Shown in pieces: positions 12,509 to 25,164 of a stretch of DNA of 64,000 nt. A program made the position numbers and the translations under genes. Location: contig NC_092675.1 of assembly GCF_964355755.1 (NCBI RefSeq), positions 16,092,912 to 16,156,911 of the forward strand. The letters run 5' to 3'. The DNA is from Antedon mediterranea (Eukaryota > Animalia > Echinodermata). The notes below the pieces were generated by a model. The model made no database searches and was not told where the DNA came from. It was given only the letters and a program-made list of their open reading frames with translations. The number at the start of each line of letters is the position of its first letter. Positions within the stretch are counted from its first letter, which is position 1.

Positions 12509-15500
12509 ATAGGGTTGGTGAAATCTGTCCATAATAGGTTACTTTTCTGTCCATAATAGGTTACTTTCTGTCCATAATAGGGACTAGAGGGCGCTGTTGT
12601 TTGTCCATAATAGGTGACTTTCATATTGGCTGTCCAAAATAGGTGACTTTTTGTCCACAATAGGCGAGTTTATTGGAGTAGTGCGCCATCCATTGTGTTG
12701 TCCATAATAGGTGATTTTGTTGGCGTACTCGTACGTACGTGTAGTTTATTTCGCGAGTAGAAGTAATAGTATTATTATTTAATACTAATTTGCTTTCTCT
12801 TCAGACTTCGAGGCTACCTAGGCATAGCTAGTAGGAGGCCTAATTAGTATAATTATTTAAGTCTCTATAGCCTCTAGGCCTAGGCCTAGGCTAGTCCTGT
12901 TTTAGTTAGGCTACCTCAGGCCTACTACTACTACTACTACTACTAGCCTAGGCCTAGGCTATAGCTGGAGTCCATTTGTTATTGTCCACTAATGAAATGT
13001 GAGCTTTTTTTTTCTAGGCCTACTAGCTTACAGCAGGGGGTACCTCCCTGCTACAGTAGGAATACAAATGACGTGGGCTCATATTAGGTAGATAGGTTTC
13101 CTACTACAAACAACTAGGCCTATCCTCATTATCTGTTTTTTTATTATTTTAATATGAATATTTTACAGACTACTCGTAACTATACTGCCTAACTGCAGGT
13201 CAGGTCTGGCGGACTAGTCACACAGTCTTTTACTAATACCACTGCCACCACCGCACACTAATATACTTTGAAGACCGAAATCAGCTACTACTAGCCTAGT
13301 CTACTAGACCTATTGGTAGTTTGTCTTTAAATCACAGACATCTAGATTGCTAGATTGACCTATTAAAATTTTAGTTTTTTTAATTATTTTTTGAATGAAT
13401 GAGTCTTATCCAGACAGTTAGTAGGTTGGCAGTATAGTAGAGCCAGAGCTATTGTTACTGTATGTTATTAATTATGTCATCTATTTAAATCTCAATTTTT
13501 CCCATATTTTTTGCATGTATTAAAGATTGTGTACAGTGTATCTTCTGATCAATGTTATAGTACAGTAGCATGGACATTAACTAGGGTAAGTAACAGATAG
13601 GCCCAACCTACAATTGAAGAAAAATACTTTACATATAACCCACTAGGCCTACATCTTTTAGGACATTTTTCAATATGACCAAGATACTGTAAAATCCCAA
13701 GAAGAAGCCTATTTAGAAAAAGTATTTGTTTGCAAAAGTAATCTTCGGAAAAGAAGGATACAATTTAGTCAAACATTTTCAGAGAGACAAACTGAATTTT
13801 ATCAGTACCGTAGTAGAAAAACTGACAATAATTTTTTAACATTCTGATTTGAAATGTTCTATTCATTTGAATTGCTAAGAAATTAAAAGTAGATATTTTT
13901 TTTCCATTCATTATAAACATTACAATCACAGTACAAAGAATAGATAAATCCACTAACAAATTCATGCAGAAAATATTTCAAAATTTAATTGAATGTTATA
14001 TTATTAAAGCATTCATTCAATAAAGCATTTGTCTTTAAAACATTTAATATCAGTTTTCATATAGTGAGTATGGTAATAATTGACTGACAACTGGTATAAA
14101 CTTAAATTTAGTAAAACAATCCTACATATCTTTTTTTAAATGCAATAAAATATTTAAACATAACTGTGTCCCACCATACAACATGAAAATTTGTCTCAGC
14201 ATTACTAAGATTGAAGTTACTTGCATTATACAATACTTAAACATTATTATAGTATTTAAATGCTTCCTTTTTTTTATTATAGGCATACAGATGTTTGATA
14301 TTCTGCTCATATACAGTATGCTGCTGAAATGAAAAAGTACATCACTTCAACATATTATTTTTGATCATAATCATCGATCAATAATTATAGTAATAAACAT
14401 AATAATTATGGTGTATTTTATTTATCCTTGCTATTTTTTAAATTGTAGTTTAACCATGTTTTTACACTTTTAAAATTAATATAATTCAGTATTTTTTAAA
14501 TGTGATTTAGATTTTGAATAAACTGTTCTGAATACAGAACAAAGGTGTTGATTGTACACTGCGTGTATGTAAACTTGATTTCTAATTATTATTAAACATT
14601 AAAATGTATTCATTTAATTAAACAATATAATAAATGGATGAGATGTGCTGCTGTTGATCCACTTTAGACTGGGATGGTTTGTCATTGAGCTATGTGGATC
14701 CAGAATTTTGAAATAGGGGAGGACCTAAAATGACGAAATGAAGTGCTGAACTGTGATGTCTTTTTCAATATTAAATTGATAAAGTTGATTTTTATTATTA
14801 ACAAAACAAAATAAAGTCCAAAGAAAAAAAAATACAACAATTACATTGAAACACCAATGCATTAAAAATAACAGTTTACATTTTCATTATCTTAAAAAAA
14901 TAAAACTTTATTATTAATATTATTATTAGAGTATATGGGGTATTTTTTATTTTGTAAAAGAACGTGTGGGTTTGGTGATTTATTTAAACTTGCAATAGTA
15001 TGGTAAGTTGCGTAATGTCTGTCCGTACTATCAAACCTAAAATGAAGTTCAAATTAAGTTATTTGTTGCTGAATAAATTTCACATTTCATTATTATTAGT
15101 GGACAATAACAAATGGACTAGACTTAGGCTAGTAGTACTAGTAGGCCTATAGAGGTAGCCTAACTAACAGGACTAGCCTAGGCCTAGGCTAGAAAGACTT
15201 AAATATTAATTTATACTAATTAGGCCTCCTAGGTAGCCTCGAAGTCTGAACAGAAAGCAAATTAGTATTACTTCTACTCGCGAAATAAACTACGTACGTA
15301 CGAGTACGCCAACAAAATCACCTATTGGACAACACAATGGATGGCGCACTACTCCAATAAACTCGCCTATTGTGGACAAAAAGTCACCTATTTTGGACAG
15401 CCAATTATGAAAGTCACCTATTATGGACAAACAACAGCGCCCTCTAGTCCCTATTATGGACAGAAAGTAACCTATTATGGACAGAAAAGTAACCTATTAT

Positions 15501-15523
15501 GGACAGATTTCACCAACCCCGCT
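12509..15523. mobile_element. Mutator-like (MULE/foldback) non-autonomous element nested in the Academ element
   Basis: TIRs of about 440-490 bp (12512-13000 vs 15080-15519), near-identical in the outer part, with tandem TGTCCATAATAGGTNACTTT subrepeats. Direct repeat CTTTTTACCC at 12499-12508 and 15524-15533 gives a 9-10 bp TSD. Confidence 0.88.
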
Positions 15524-17516
15524 CTTTTTACCCGAGTCATTATCATTCCGAGAACCTTCGTTTACACTTCCTAGAGGAGAGCGAGCAAACTAGAGGTCTA
15601 ACCCTCTAGTTAGACGTAATTGTTGTTGAATATTTGATAAAAATTGTTAAGTTGTTCCATACTTTTGCAACTCCAACGTTGAACGATTATTTAATTTAAT
15701 AGTCATAGTGGGGTATTATATATCTGTTATATAGAGGACATTGACAACTTTAGCCTTATATTTACAATTTACAATCCTGTGAGAAGTGACAATTTTAGAA
15801 CATTGTGTACAAACAACAATTTATGCACATATATTTAAAAAAAAATTATTTAAAGAATTTAATTTTTAGTGGCGGCCATTTTGAAATCCAAGATGGCCGA
15901 CAGATTATCGCTTTACATAGTTAGGATTGTATAATGGGTACAGTAATACCATCAAAACGGACTTGTTCCACATTCATAATTTATATTATTGGTGATATTC
16001 TGATTTTTAATAGGGTTATTTGAATGTTGGCGGCCATCTTGAATTTGGTCCTTTAAATGTCTTTTGAAAAAATGGCAACATAATTTTTTTCATTCCTAAT
16101 ATTATCAAGATATGAAAAAAAGTCAAAGTTTGCTTTTAACAAAAAATATACACGACATTCATATAAACGACATACCAGCCTACACTATTACGCAATACAC
16201 ATTATCACTTTTATGATATGGGGGATAAGTAACAAAAACAAGAAATAGTTTAAAGATATTTTGAGTCCCAAAAAATTGAGGTTTTTTCAAATTTGCTTTT
16301 GAATGTGTCATTTTAATGTCACATAATAGTTATTCACTTTAACCAAAAAGAGATCGAAAAAAAATTATTTACCTAAAAAAAATGTAATTTAAAGTAATTA
16401 TATAATTAAACGTTTCTTTTCTGTTTGTATACATGAATAAATTGGGGTTTTTTTGTTATAAAAGTGAATAACTTTTGTATTTGAAGTAAAATACTACAAG
16501 AATTCATACTTTGATATGTCATAATTGTGCAATTGAAATTGAAAAATAAAAAATACTGAATCTGTAAAAGATGATGTGCTTATTAAATAATTTAAATAAT
16601 TATGTCTAAATAATATTACTTTATTATACTAAACAGACTCATTGTTGGGGGTCACTTCATCAAGCCTAGATGCTTCAAGTGTCAACAAATTGTATCCTAC
16701 TGTATTACAACCAAAAACTTTACTATTAGGCCTACTGTATATAGACTGTTTTGATAATAATTTAATGATTATCTGACAGCGAATTACATATATCGGTCTA
16801 TAATTGACAGTCAAATGGGACTCATTGTAAATACCAGAAATAATGTTTTGATTATTTGACAGTGAATTACTATAATACTGGCCTATGTTGACAGCAAAAA
16901 CAAAGTCATTATTTATTAAACAAGATTTTATAGATTACTGTCTACATGCATCTGTAATACTGTATTATCAGCAATTTTTTTCATAGACTCTCTTCTCCCA
17001 GACGTGCTTTGGGGTTTGTAATTTTAGCATGACCCGTCCTAGTTTACAAAGTACCAAAAACGTCGGCCTCTAGAACTATAACTGCCGCTTGCTTTAGCTT
17101 CTGAATGAGTAGTCTTCTTGGGGCGTACCTGGCTGAAGCAGCAGCGTAATTAAAGGGCTGCCATGAGACATTTGGTATCAATCCAAACTGATTTCGAAAA
17201 CCAGTTTATTGCACTACGGAATTCAGCTACAAGTGGTATGTCAGTAACTAACTATAATATTCCATCTGGCTTGGTTTGACTGATATGCAGCTCTGGAAGC
17301 GATATGGCGATAAAGCGATAACAATCAGTTCGTGACTTACACAAACTGGGGTATAAACCAGCTAGACAATGGTAATCATAACGGAACATGGTCATCTATG
17401 AAACATGCAAAGTTCAGTAACAACATGGAACGACACGCCATGTTTCTATCAACTATTTAATGTGAGCTTCCACAATACAAAGCGGATAAGTCACTAATGA
17501 GCCAAAACTGGCTTAC

Positions 17517-17670
17517 TGCTTGGTTCCCACTGGAGACGCAAAGCAATGACGTCAGCGAAACGTAAGTGATTTGACCAATCACAAAGTGATGGATCATCCG
17601 AACTGTCGCTTTTTATTTGTCTATAATTGCGTTGAATTTGGTCCTTTGCATTGCCTCTCAAAACTAAGCT
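17517..17670. mobile_element. PIF/Harbinger-like palindromic MITE, family 1 (degenerate copy)
   Basis: Similar to 29085-29263 (GCTTGGTTCCCACT...GACCAATCACAA...AAGCT). Confidence 0.6.
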
Positions 17671-18062
17671 TTATGTTGAAATATTTCACATAATTTATTC
17701 AGTCAATGGCTTCTTCACCACCTCCTTTCGGAATGAAAAACGGATAGATTGTTTTTGTGTTTTGGGTGAACCTGAAGGTTTTTGGGGAAAACGCAATTTT
17801 AATCGAATGAATGAATGACGATCCTACAGTACCCTCAAACCTGAATAGGCTTATAAAGGTGACTTCTTAGCCAGTACAACAGATTTTAAACTTACTATAG
17901 GCATCTGACCTGACAAAATATCTGGTTGCTTTAGACTTGATCCTCCTTAGTAGATTATATACGGTAATTCAGTTTAATATTCGTAAAGAGTAAAACATTT
18001 GCCACCCATGGCGTATCATACCTTTGCTGGAAAAACAAAAACAAACGACGCTCTGTAAACAA

Positions 18063-18158
18063 AACAAGGGCATATAGATGGCTGCAGTCGAGTGCTCTGC
18101 TCAAGTTAGTGTTTACCGACCAACCGACTGACCAACCGACCGACATAATGAGCTGTAG
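18063..18158 (-). mobile_element. Helentron-associated (HINE/DINE-1-like) element copy
   Basis: Reverse complement of the 43224-43331 family, with (GTCG)n-like repeats, subterminal IR and 3' hairpin. Confidence 0.7.
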
Positions 18159-18226
18159 CAACGAAGACTTTAAGGCAATCCTCTCCAATATAAAACTATT
18201 TTGTAGCCTATTCCGCTGCCTCACTT

Positions 18227-18671
18227 CACTGTAAAAAAGTGTTTAGATCTTAAACACGTATTTTGTATACACTTTTCCCACATCTTTATCTTTTAAACAC
18301 GTAGTTAAATGTTTAGCGTGCTTAAAACCTAAACGTGTTTATAGCTACATGTTGTTTTCCTCCACTCGTTTAGCAGTCAACATGTCACTATTTTTTTCAG
18401 TAACATGTTTAGGTATGTGTTTAGCGTTGCGTGCATACGATTTTACCCTGGCGAAAAAAAAACTCCACACATAATAAGCTCCACACGTTTGAAACCTGAA
18501 TGTGTCTTTATATTGTTCCACATGTTTAACAATCAACACGTCACTGATGTGTTGAGTTGGATACAGACTACATGTTTATCAATGTATTTAGAACCTAAAC
18601 ATAGGCCTATGGCTAAATGTGTGGAAAAACTGGTTACAAAATACATGTTTATGTTTAGATAAGCCAAACAC
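18227..18671. mobile_element. CACTA/EnSpm-like non-autonomous element, right end eroded
   Basis: Begins CACTGTAAAAAA. Many TAAACAC/GTGTTTA subrepeats. Internal inverted similarity 18255-18290 vs 18615-18660. Confidence 0.5.
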
Positions 18672-18729
18672 ATCGACGAACTGCAGATACTTTTTCTTTC
18701 TTTGTAAGATAATTAGCTAGTCAAAATGT

Positions 18730-18833
18730 TTACAGCTCACTATGTTGGTCGGATGGATGGTCGGTCGGTTGGTCGGTTGGTAAACACTAACTCAAATTTG
18801 AGCACCCGACTGCAGCCATGTATATGGCCTTGT
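18730..18833 (+). mobile_element. Helentron-associated (HINE/DINE-1-like) element copy
   Basis: AGCTCACTATGT-(GGTC/GGTT)n-TAAACACTAACTCAAATTTGAGCACCCGACT followed by hairpin GCCATGTATATGGC and TT. Confidence 0.7.
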
Positions 18834-20149
18834 TATCACAAGATACTGAAAAAAAATATATTTCTGAATCATGCCTACGAGTTAATGAAGTTAATTAAAT
18901 TGATAGAAATTCAGACATTCAAATTAACTAACTTCTAATCAAACTAATGACGAAATGCATTTCCAACCATACATGATCAGCTTCCAGAGTTAAATAATTC
19001 ACTGACACAAAACGGTAACAGCAACATTAACATTCATACTATTTATAACTGAAACTTTATACAAATAATTTCAATTTAGTATGCAAAATTTGGATCACAA
19101 TTAAACAAATTCCTAAACATATTTGAGTTCCTCTATATTGAGTGACTGTTCTGTTCAACTGCTGTTAGAATGCTTTTCAAAGTTCAACCAACCAACAGTA
19201 TATCAAGAGTTTGATCATGTCGATAAGCAAATAATAAAAAAACAACAAATTAAACACATTTTTTTTTTAAAGTTATATATAATAAATGCAGAAAAACATT
19301 CAAATTGCAAACACATCTGTGAGTTCTCCATGTGTTTAAATAATCAAATATATTATTTTCTGCTATAGTTATTCAACCGCTGTTCAACCTACCAACATTT
19401 AATTTAAAAATTTGTATAATTTTGATTAGCAAATAGGCCTAAATCGTAAATACAAATAAAAATAATAATTTCAATATAATGCAACATTTAGATTTTTTTT
19501 TAAAACACCAAAAACAAAAATGGTGAAACATCTGTGTAGCTCCCCCAAAAAAGAAGCTCGTTTTATACTTGAATGACAATTATCTTTACGAGTAGCAAAT
19601 AAAACATCAAACTGATAATTACCGGTATAATAATAATAACAACAATTTAATTATGCAACATTCAGATTGCAAACAAAATAAAACATGCTAAACATCTGCG
19701 TAGTTCCCCAAACAAGCTCTATAAAAAGACACCACGATTGGTCTGACTTGATACCTAAAAAAATAGAAGTTCGCTTCACAAGTAGAGAAATTCTGGAAAT
19801 GGTATACCGCCGTTTTACAATATTATTATTTGTTCGTAAAAATCAGGTACAGATTTCAAGGAATGCGGTAGGCCCAATTAGGCAATGTGTTCTCCATTCA
19901 GGGTTCACAGACAGCAATAAGAATAATGATTCGGTTGCTTATGTAGGAATTGTCATACCTATTATTACTGCCCTCCTCTGAGAAAAGGCTGTTTTTGAGT
20001 GGTGTGCAAAACGCGCGTTTCAGTTCAGTGATTTACAGGTAGTTGATGGTGCATTTTGTAGAAGTACACTACAAGTATTACCAAATATGTCATGCACTCT
20101 GATTTGGGGTGTCAAAATAGAGTCTTAGTTATAGGTGGTAAATTGCTGG

Positions 20150-20910
20150 ATTTTGTGCATGAAATAAAATATCTCGGTATCCCTAAGCAAATTTAAGATG
20201 AGATACTCTTGTTAGCAATATGATTTCTAATAGTACCACCCGTAGATTATATATGCTTAATCGTCTCAAGCGTTTTGGAGTTTCTGCTTCCGATTTGGTG
20301 TCCGTTTATGTGGAGTACGTTCGTCCTATTGTCGAGTATGCCTCACCAGCGTGGCATGGTTTTATTACTTTAAAACAGTCTCTCATGATTGAGCGAATTT
20401 AAAAAAGGGCGTTTCGGATTATATTGGGACCTAAGTACGACACATATCTTAACGCACTTAAAAGTACTAATCTTTAGACGCTTGATACGAGAAGAATTAA
20501 ATTATGTAAAGAATTTGCACATCCATGCGTCGTTCCAATTCCTTCAAAGAGTGGTTTCCTATTAATTCTCTCTCACAGTATGCTCCTTAGAAAATCCAAC
20601 GAATTTCTCATTCCCCGTGCTCGAACCGAAAGAGTATGTCAAAAATGCTATAGGCCTCCGTTTCTCGCTAAACTCCTTAATGACAAATGATTCTTGTTTT
20701 ATTGGGCGTCATGTGCAATTTCTCCTCGCGTGCTTGTGTGCTACTTTTTGTCTATTTTCAATTTTCAATTCGATTTTCAAATTTTGTACCTTTATATTTT
20801 TATATTTGTTAATTTTTTAGAATTTTTTGTCCTTTTGATGTGTACATTATCATGTTAATATTGTTTTAATTCAGCCTTGTGCTACGATTACGATATATTG
20901 AATAAATAAA
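20150..20910 (+). mobile_element. LINE 3' fragment (ORF2 C-terminus and 3' UTR)
   Basis: ORF 20220-20402 RRLYMLNRLKRFGV...YVRPIVEYASPAWH is typical of the post-RT region. Ends AATAAATAAA near 20910. Confidence 0.8.
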
Positions 20911-23900
20911 TTTTATCAGCGTTTATGAACCTAGTATATTATTATAATGTAAATGTGAATTATATCCAATTGTGGTTTTAAATTATTTAAACGTTTAAAT
21001 TAGCTATAAATGCATCATGTAGCCCTATATGTTTATATAATTGATTAAAAATACGGTAAAATAAGGTATTATTATTAGAACAATTTTAACAGAATTCCTT
21101 ACGTCAATTGTGTATCTTTTTTAATTAGCTACCGTATTCATAAAGTAATGATCTGATTGGATAATCGTTCTTTGTCATTCAGCATTTACCCAGGGTACTG
21201 TATTTAATTGCAGATGCAGATATTTCATATCATAGCTAGCTGGTGATAGATTACACCACTAAAAGCCAAAAAACCAATTTAGTAAAAGAGATAATGCCTT
21301 TTCTCAGAGAAGGGCAGTTAGCCTTCACTCTGGACCCAAAATTGTCGGAAAAATTCCAAGGGTTTTTTTTCTTTAAAAAAAAAAAATAACTTTTTAAAAC
21401 TGTAATCGGAGTCACCTTTGTCATGCCCATACCCCACTTGTTAATATATCCTATTTATCGTCGATCGTTATCGTCTAGTGTAAAATGCCATATTAATATG
21501 TAGTAGTATTCATTACGATTGTTATAAATAAAAATAGTATGATTGACTTATATATTTTAATTTTATATAATAAGCGCAAAATGAAGATTGTTATACTTGC
21601 CCCGTATACTCAGCACTGACAATTGTTACCGTCGAGGCACATCATCATCCACTCCAATTGTGTCCTCCATTTTAACTTCCTTTTAAGACAGTTGCTACCG
21701 AACCTTAGCAAACAAATTGTAATGGTTTGAAGCAAAGAGGAGCTGTAACTGTCACTTCAAGGGGGGGGGGGGGGGGTGTGTATTAGTTTAGTTAAACTTT
21801 TGATAATGAATGACGTGAATGACATTAATCCAGTAGTGATGATGACAATTGTCTTGGGCCTCTTATTTTAAAATGTCGACTATTTTTCATAATGTGTACA
21901 GATGTCAGAGTTAAAAATTAAGACGAACTCATCTTATTTTAGTAAAATTAAAGATGTATAACGTATTAAACTTTGATATGCCATTTTGCAGTGTCAGTAA
22001 ATTATTTAATTCCGTAGGAAAACAAACGAACTAAGATGATTCCACATAATAACATTAAACATAATAATACACGATTAAATAAAAAAAACAAACGCACTTT
22101 TCTGACAGACAATTTAGTTTTTAAATCCCAGTTTTTGCAGGTAAATAATAATTGTTATCATTATCAAGTGAATAAACATTACTAAACCAAATTAACAATC
22201 AATAGGCCTACAAACCACATTCATATATCAACTGTATAGAATATTATCCTATACTAATTTATGTTTTAAAAAGAAAGAAAGAAATGTTTAATTTAATTTG
22301 AATTGTGTATATGCCTATCCTAACATATAGACCAACTATAGATACTTTCTAACAATATTTTTCTTCAATCAAAGGAGGGAAAATGGAACATTAGGTGATC
22401 GGTACCAAGGACGTAAACCGGTTTCTCACTAAACTTTGGGATTCATACATGGCCATTCCACCACATAGCATTGAGTGATGTGTCACGTCTAAAGAAGGTA
22501 CTTTTAAATGAACCCGAGAATCGGAGGTTCACGAAAGGTGCTTTTAAAGACTATCACCTCGGTAAAGAAGATTGTGTTCATCTTTGGATGGGTAAAAAGG
22601 GGAATGGAATGACGCACCATTTGCTCATAAAAAGCATTATACTTCCACAGGTCAGGAAATGCCAATGAGCCAAATTATACTGAAATTAAGCATTATATTT
22701 ATTTATTTATTCAGGTATAAAACACATGTACAAAACAGCAGCCATTGGCAGATAACGTTTGTTTACAATCAATATACAAATTTAAAGTAAAAGAAGCACA
22801 ATTATAAACAGTATAGAAAAATAACTATATCTTATAAAACACAAAATACAATATTATTCGTTCATAAAATTAAGTACGTTATTATTTTTATTATTTTTAT
22901 TATTATTCAAGATTATTATTAGTATATACATTATTAAAATTATTGTATAAAAAGTCGAAACGGCATCGAGAAAGTGAGAAATAATCATGGAATTCTACCC
23001 ATATCAGTTAGCATTAATAAACTTAACAATCGTGGGTCTGGCAGACCTTTGGTATCGTTCAGTTTTACACCTGAGGAGAAGGAGTCTTACGGTACTAGTT
23101 TATAATTCATGTTACAAAATCTGTTATAAATAGATAGAAATGAAATTTACATAGCATTAACAGCATTCATTATTTGTTTGTGTTTTATTCACTGAAATGA
23201 TGAACTGTTAATACAAACACACAGACCGTTCCAATCAGAACGTAACGTTCTGTATGACGATAATCAAGATGATGAAATAAAAGTAAGTAAGTAAATGTGC
23301 TAGGATTTGATGATCTTTAAATTAAAGACCATCAATACACAGTAATAAATCGCGCCACAGAGAATATGTTATACATATACAGTACTGGTATTTGTCGCAG
23401 CCAGACATAAGAAAATCAAAGGATTGTTACTATACATTGTCAAGGCGAGCTACTGGATCATTAATTATTGTTTAATCACTGTAGAATATCCATGATTGAC
23501 GGAAGAAGCGCGAATCCCATTCATGATTTTGTGTTTCAGACGGTCCAGAAAAAATCGGATCTTCTCGTTAGAATTATGTATTTAGAAATAAAAGAGAATT
23601 AAGACTGTTTGCTATATACATTGAAAAAAGTTTTAACTTAAGGAATGTCCAAACCAAGAGAAATAATTTTATTTTAATGTTTTAGAAAATGCTTAAGTTT
23701 AAGAAATGACCGCCTAAATATTGATTCATGTTATTATGTAATATGGGCCGAGGGCCAAAATTACCAATAAGGAAAGAAAGAAAGAATTCGCAAATTTCAT
23801 TCAACATCATGCGGCGCGCGCACGTGAGTGACAATCGACGTGTGCTGCTGTAAATGTAATTATATTTCTAACGCCAATACTTTTAGTAACTTGGTTAAAA

Positions 23901-24273
23901 AGTCTTGTATTGTCCATTATTTTACAGAATACACAACGTTTCACAGATAGGTCGGAAGAAACAACGCCACCATTCTCTGGAGAGGTCATCAAACTAACTA
24001 ACGTAGTTATGTAATCACAACAAAACGCATTGTATTTTGTAAAACAACAATAAACTCAACGAACTCAGCATCAATGAAGAGATTAAACGCGTCATTTCAT
24101 TTCATACATATTCATAAGCTAAGCGACCTATCAGGCGAAACGTTTATATATTGACCTGTCATCCATGCATGCGCAATGCATCAGAGATTCAGATTAATAT
24201 TAAATACAAGGAAGAAGATAACGATGGTTTAAAAAATACAGGTCTAGGCTAATCATTTGTTTTAACTACAATT

Positions 24274-25123
24274 ATGGCAGCTGAAAAAGGGGAACCTTGT
24301 TGCAATAGAGTGAGCAATGCTATTATATCCACATTCGAGTCATTGTTTAAAAGGTTAGTGAGTTTGTAGTAACACAGTAATAGTATCGATAGGCCAGTCT
24401 ATTTACGCACAATGCAGTGCAAGCTCGCTCCTGTTCTACACGCTCCTGTGAGAAGGTGCGTGTATTTAACCGTGCTATTCTCATAATATTAAATGATAAT
24501 AAGTAGGCCTAAAGTAATGTAACGTTGTAAGTGTTGCTTGTGTAAAGTGCAGAAAGACTGTATTTTATTTAATACATTGAATATCAAAGAAAACATAGGC
24601 ATACAATATTGATTTGAATGAGTTTGAATGCAGGATTATATAGTTTTATTTACGGTGTGGTGGTAGGTTACGTTATACGCATGTGCAGTAAGCGTTACAT
24701 AACCTTCACATCGCGTATGCGGTAATATTAATTAATAATATTATGATCTATAAAATACAATAAAATGATATGACAAATAGTAGCTCTTTTATTTCCCATC
24801 GTCATCGGCTTCATGTTATCGTCAGATCGTCAAACTAACATTATCATATTTTAGTTTTCGGTCAAATAATCGAGTCACGTCACTTGTTCCGGAATACCTA
24901 GAAAAGTCAACAACCGTACACGTACGTGGTTGATTCATGGAGTTATAAAATATTTTATAACTCCATGGTTGATTCATCCAAAAACTACAGATTATCAGGT
25001 ACAACTTTCCCAGCAATAGGCCTATGACCTTAAAACCACAGTTGTTGTACAGGCTCGGGTTGTAAATGTGGGTTCATCAATCGACTGTTCTTTCAAACCA
25101 AATTTATAAATTTATAAATTTTG

Positions 25124-25164
<41 letters not shown>

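Larger units (their letters stand above)
9638..16187 (-). mobile_element. Academ-like DNA transposon (decayed), 3-bp TSD
   Basis: Termini TAGTGTAGGC / GCCTACACTA with TTA on both flanks (9635-9637, 16188-16190). Imperfect TIRs of several hundred bp carry repeated CAAGATGGCCGCC. Transposase relics lie inside. Confidence 0.8.

Noticed and set aside
12448-15574. Twin ORFs 12448-12660 (-) and 15341-15574 (+) with KVTYYGQ repeats
   Set aside because: They are translations of the subterminal repeats in the two TIRs of the MULE-like element, not genes.
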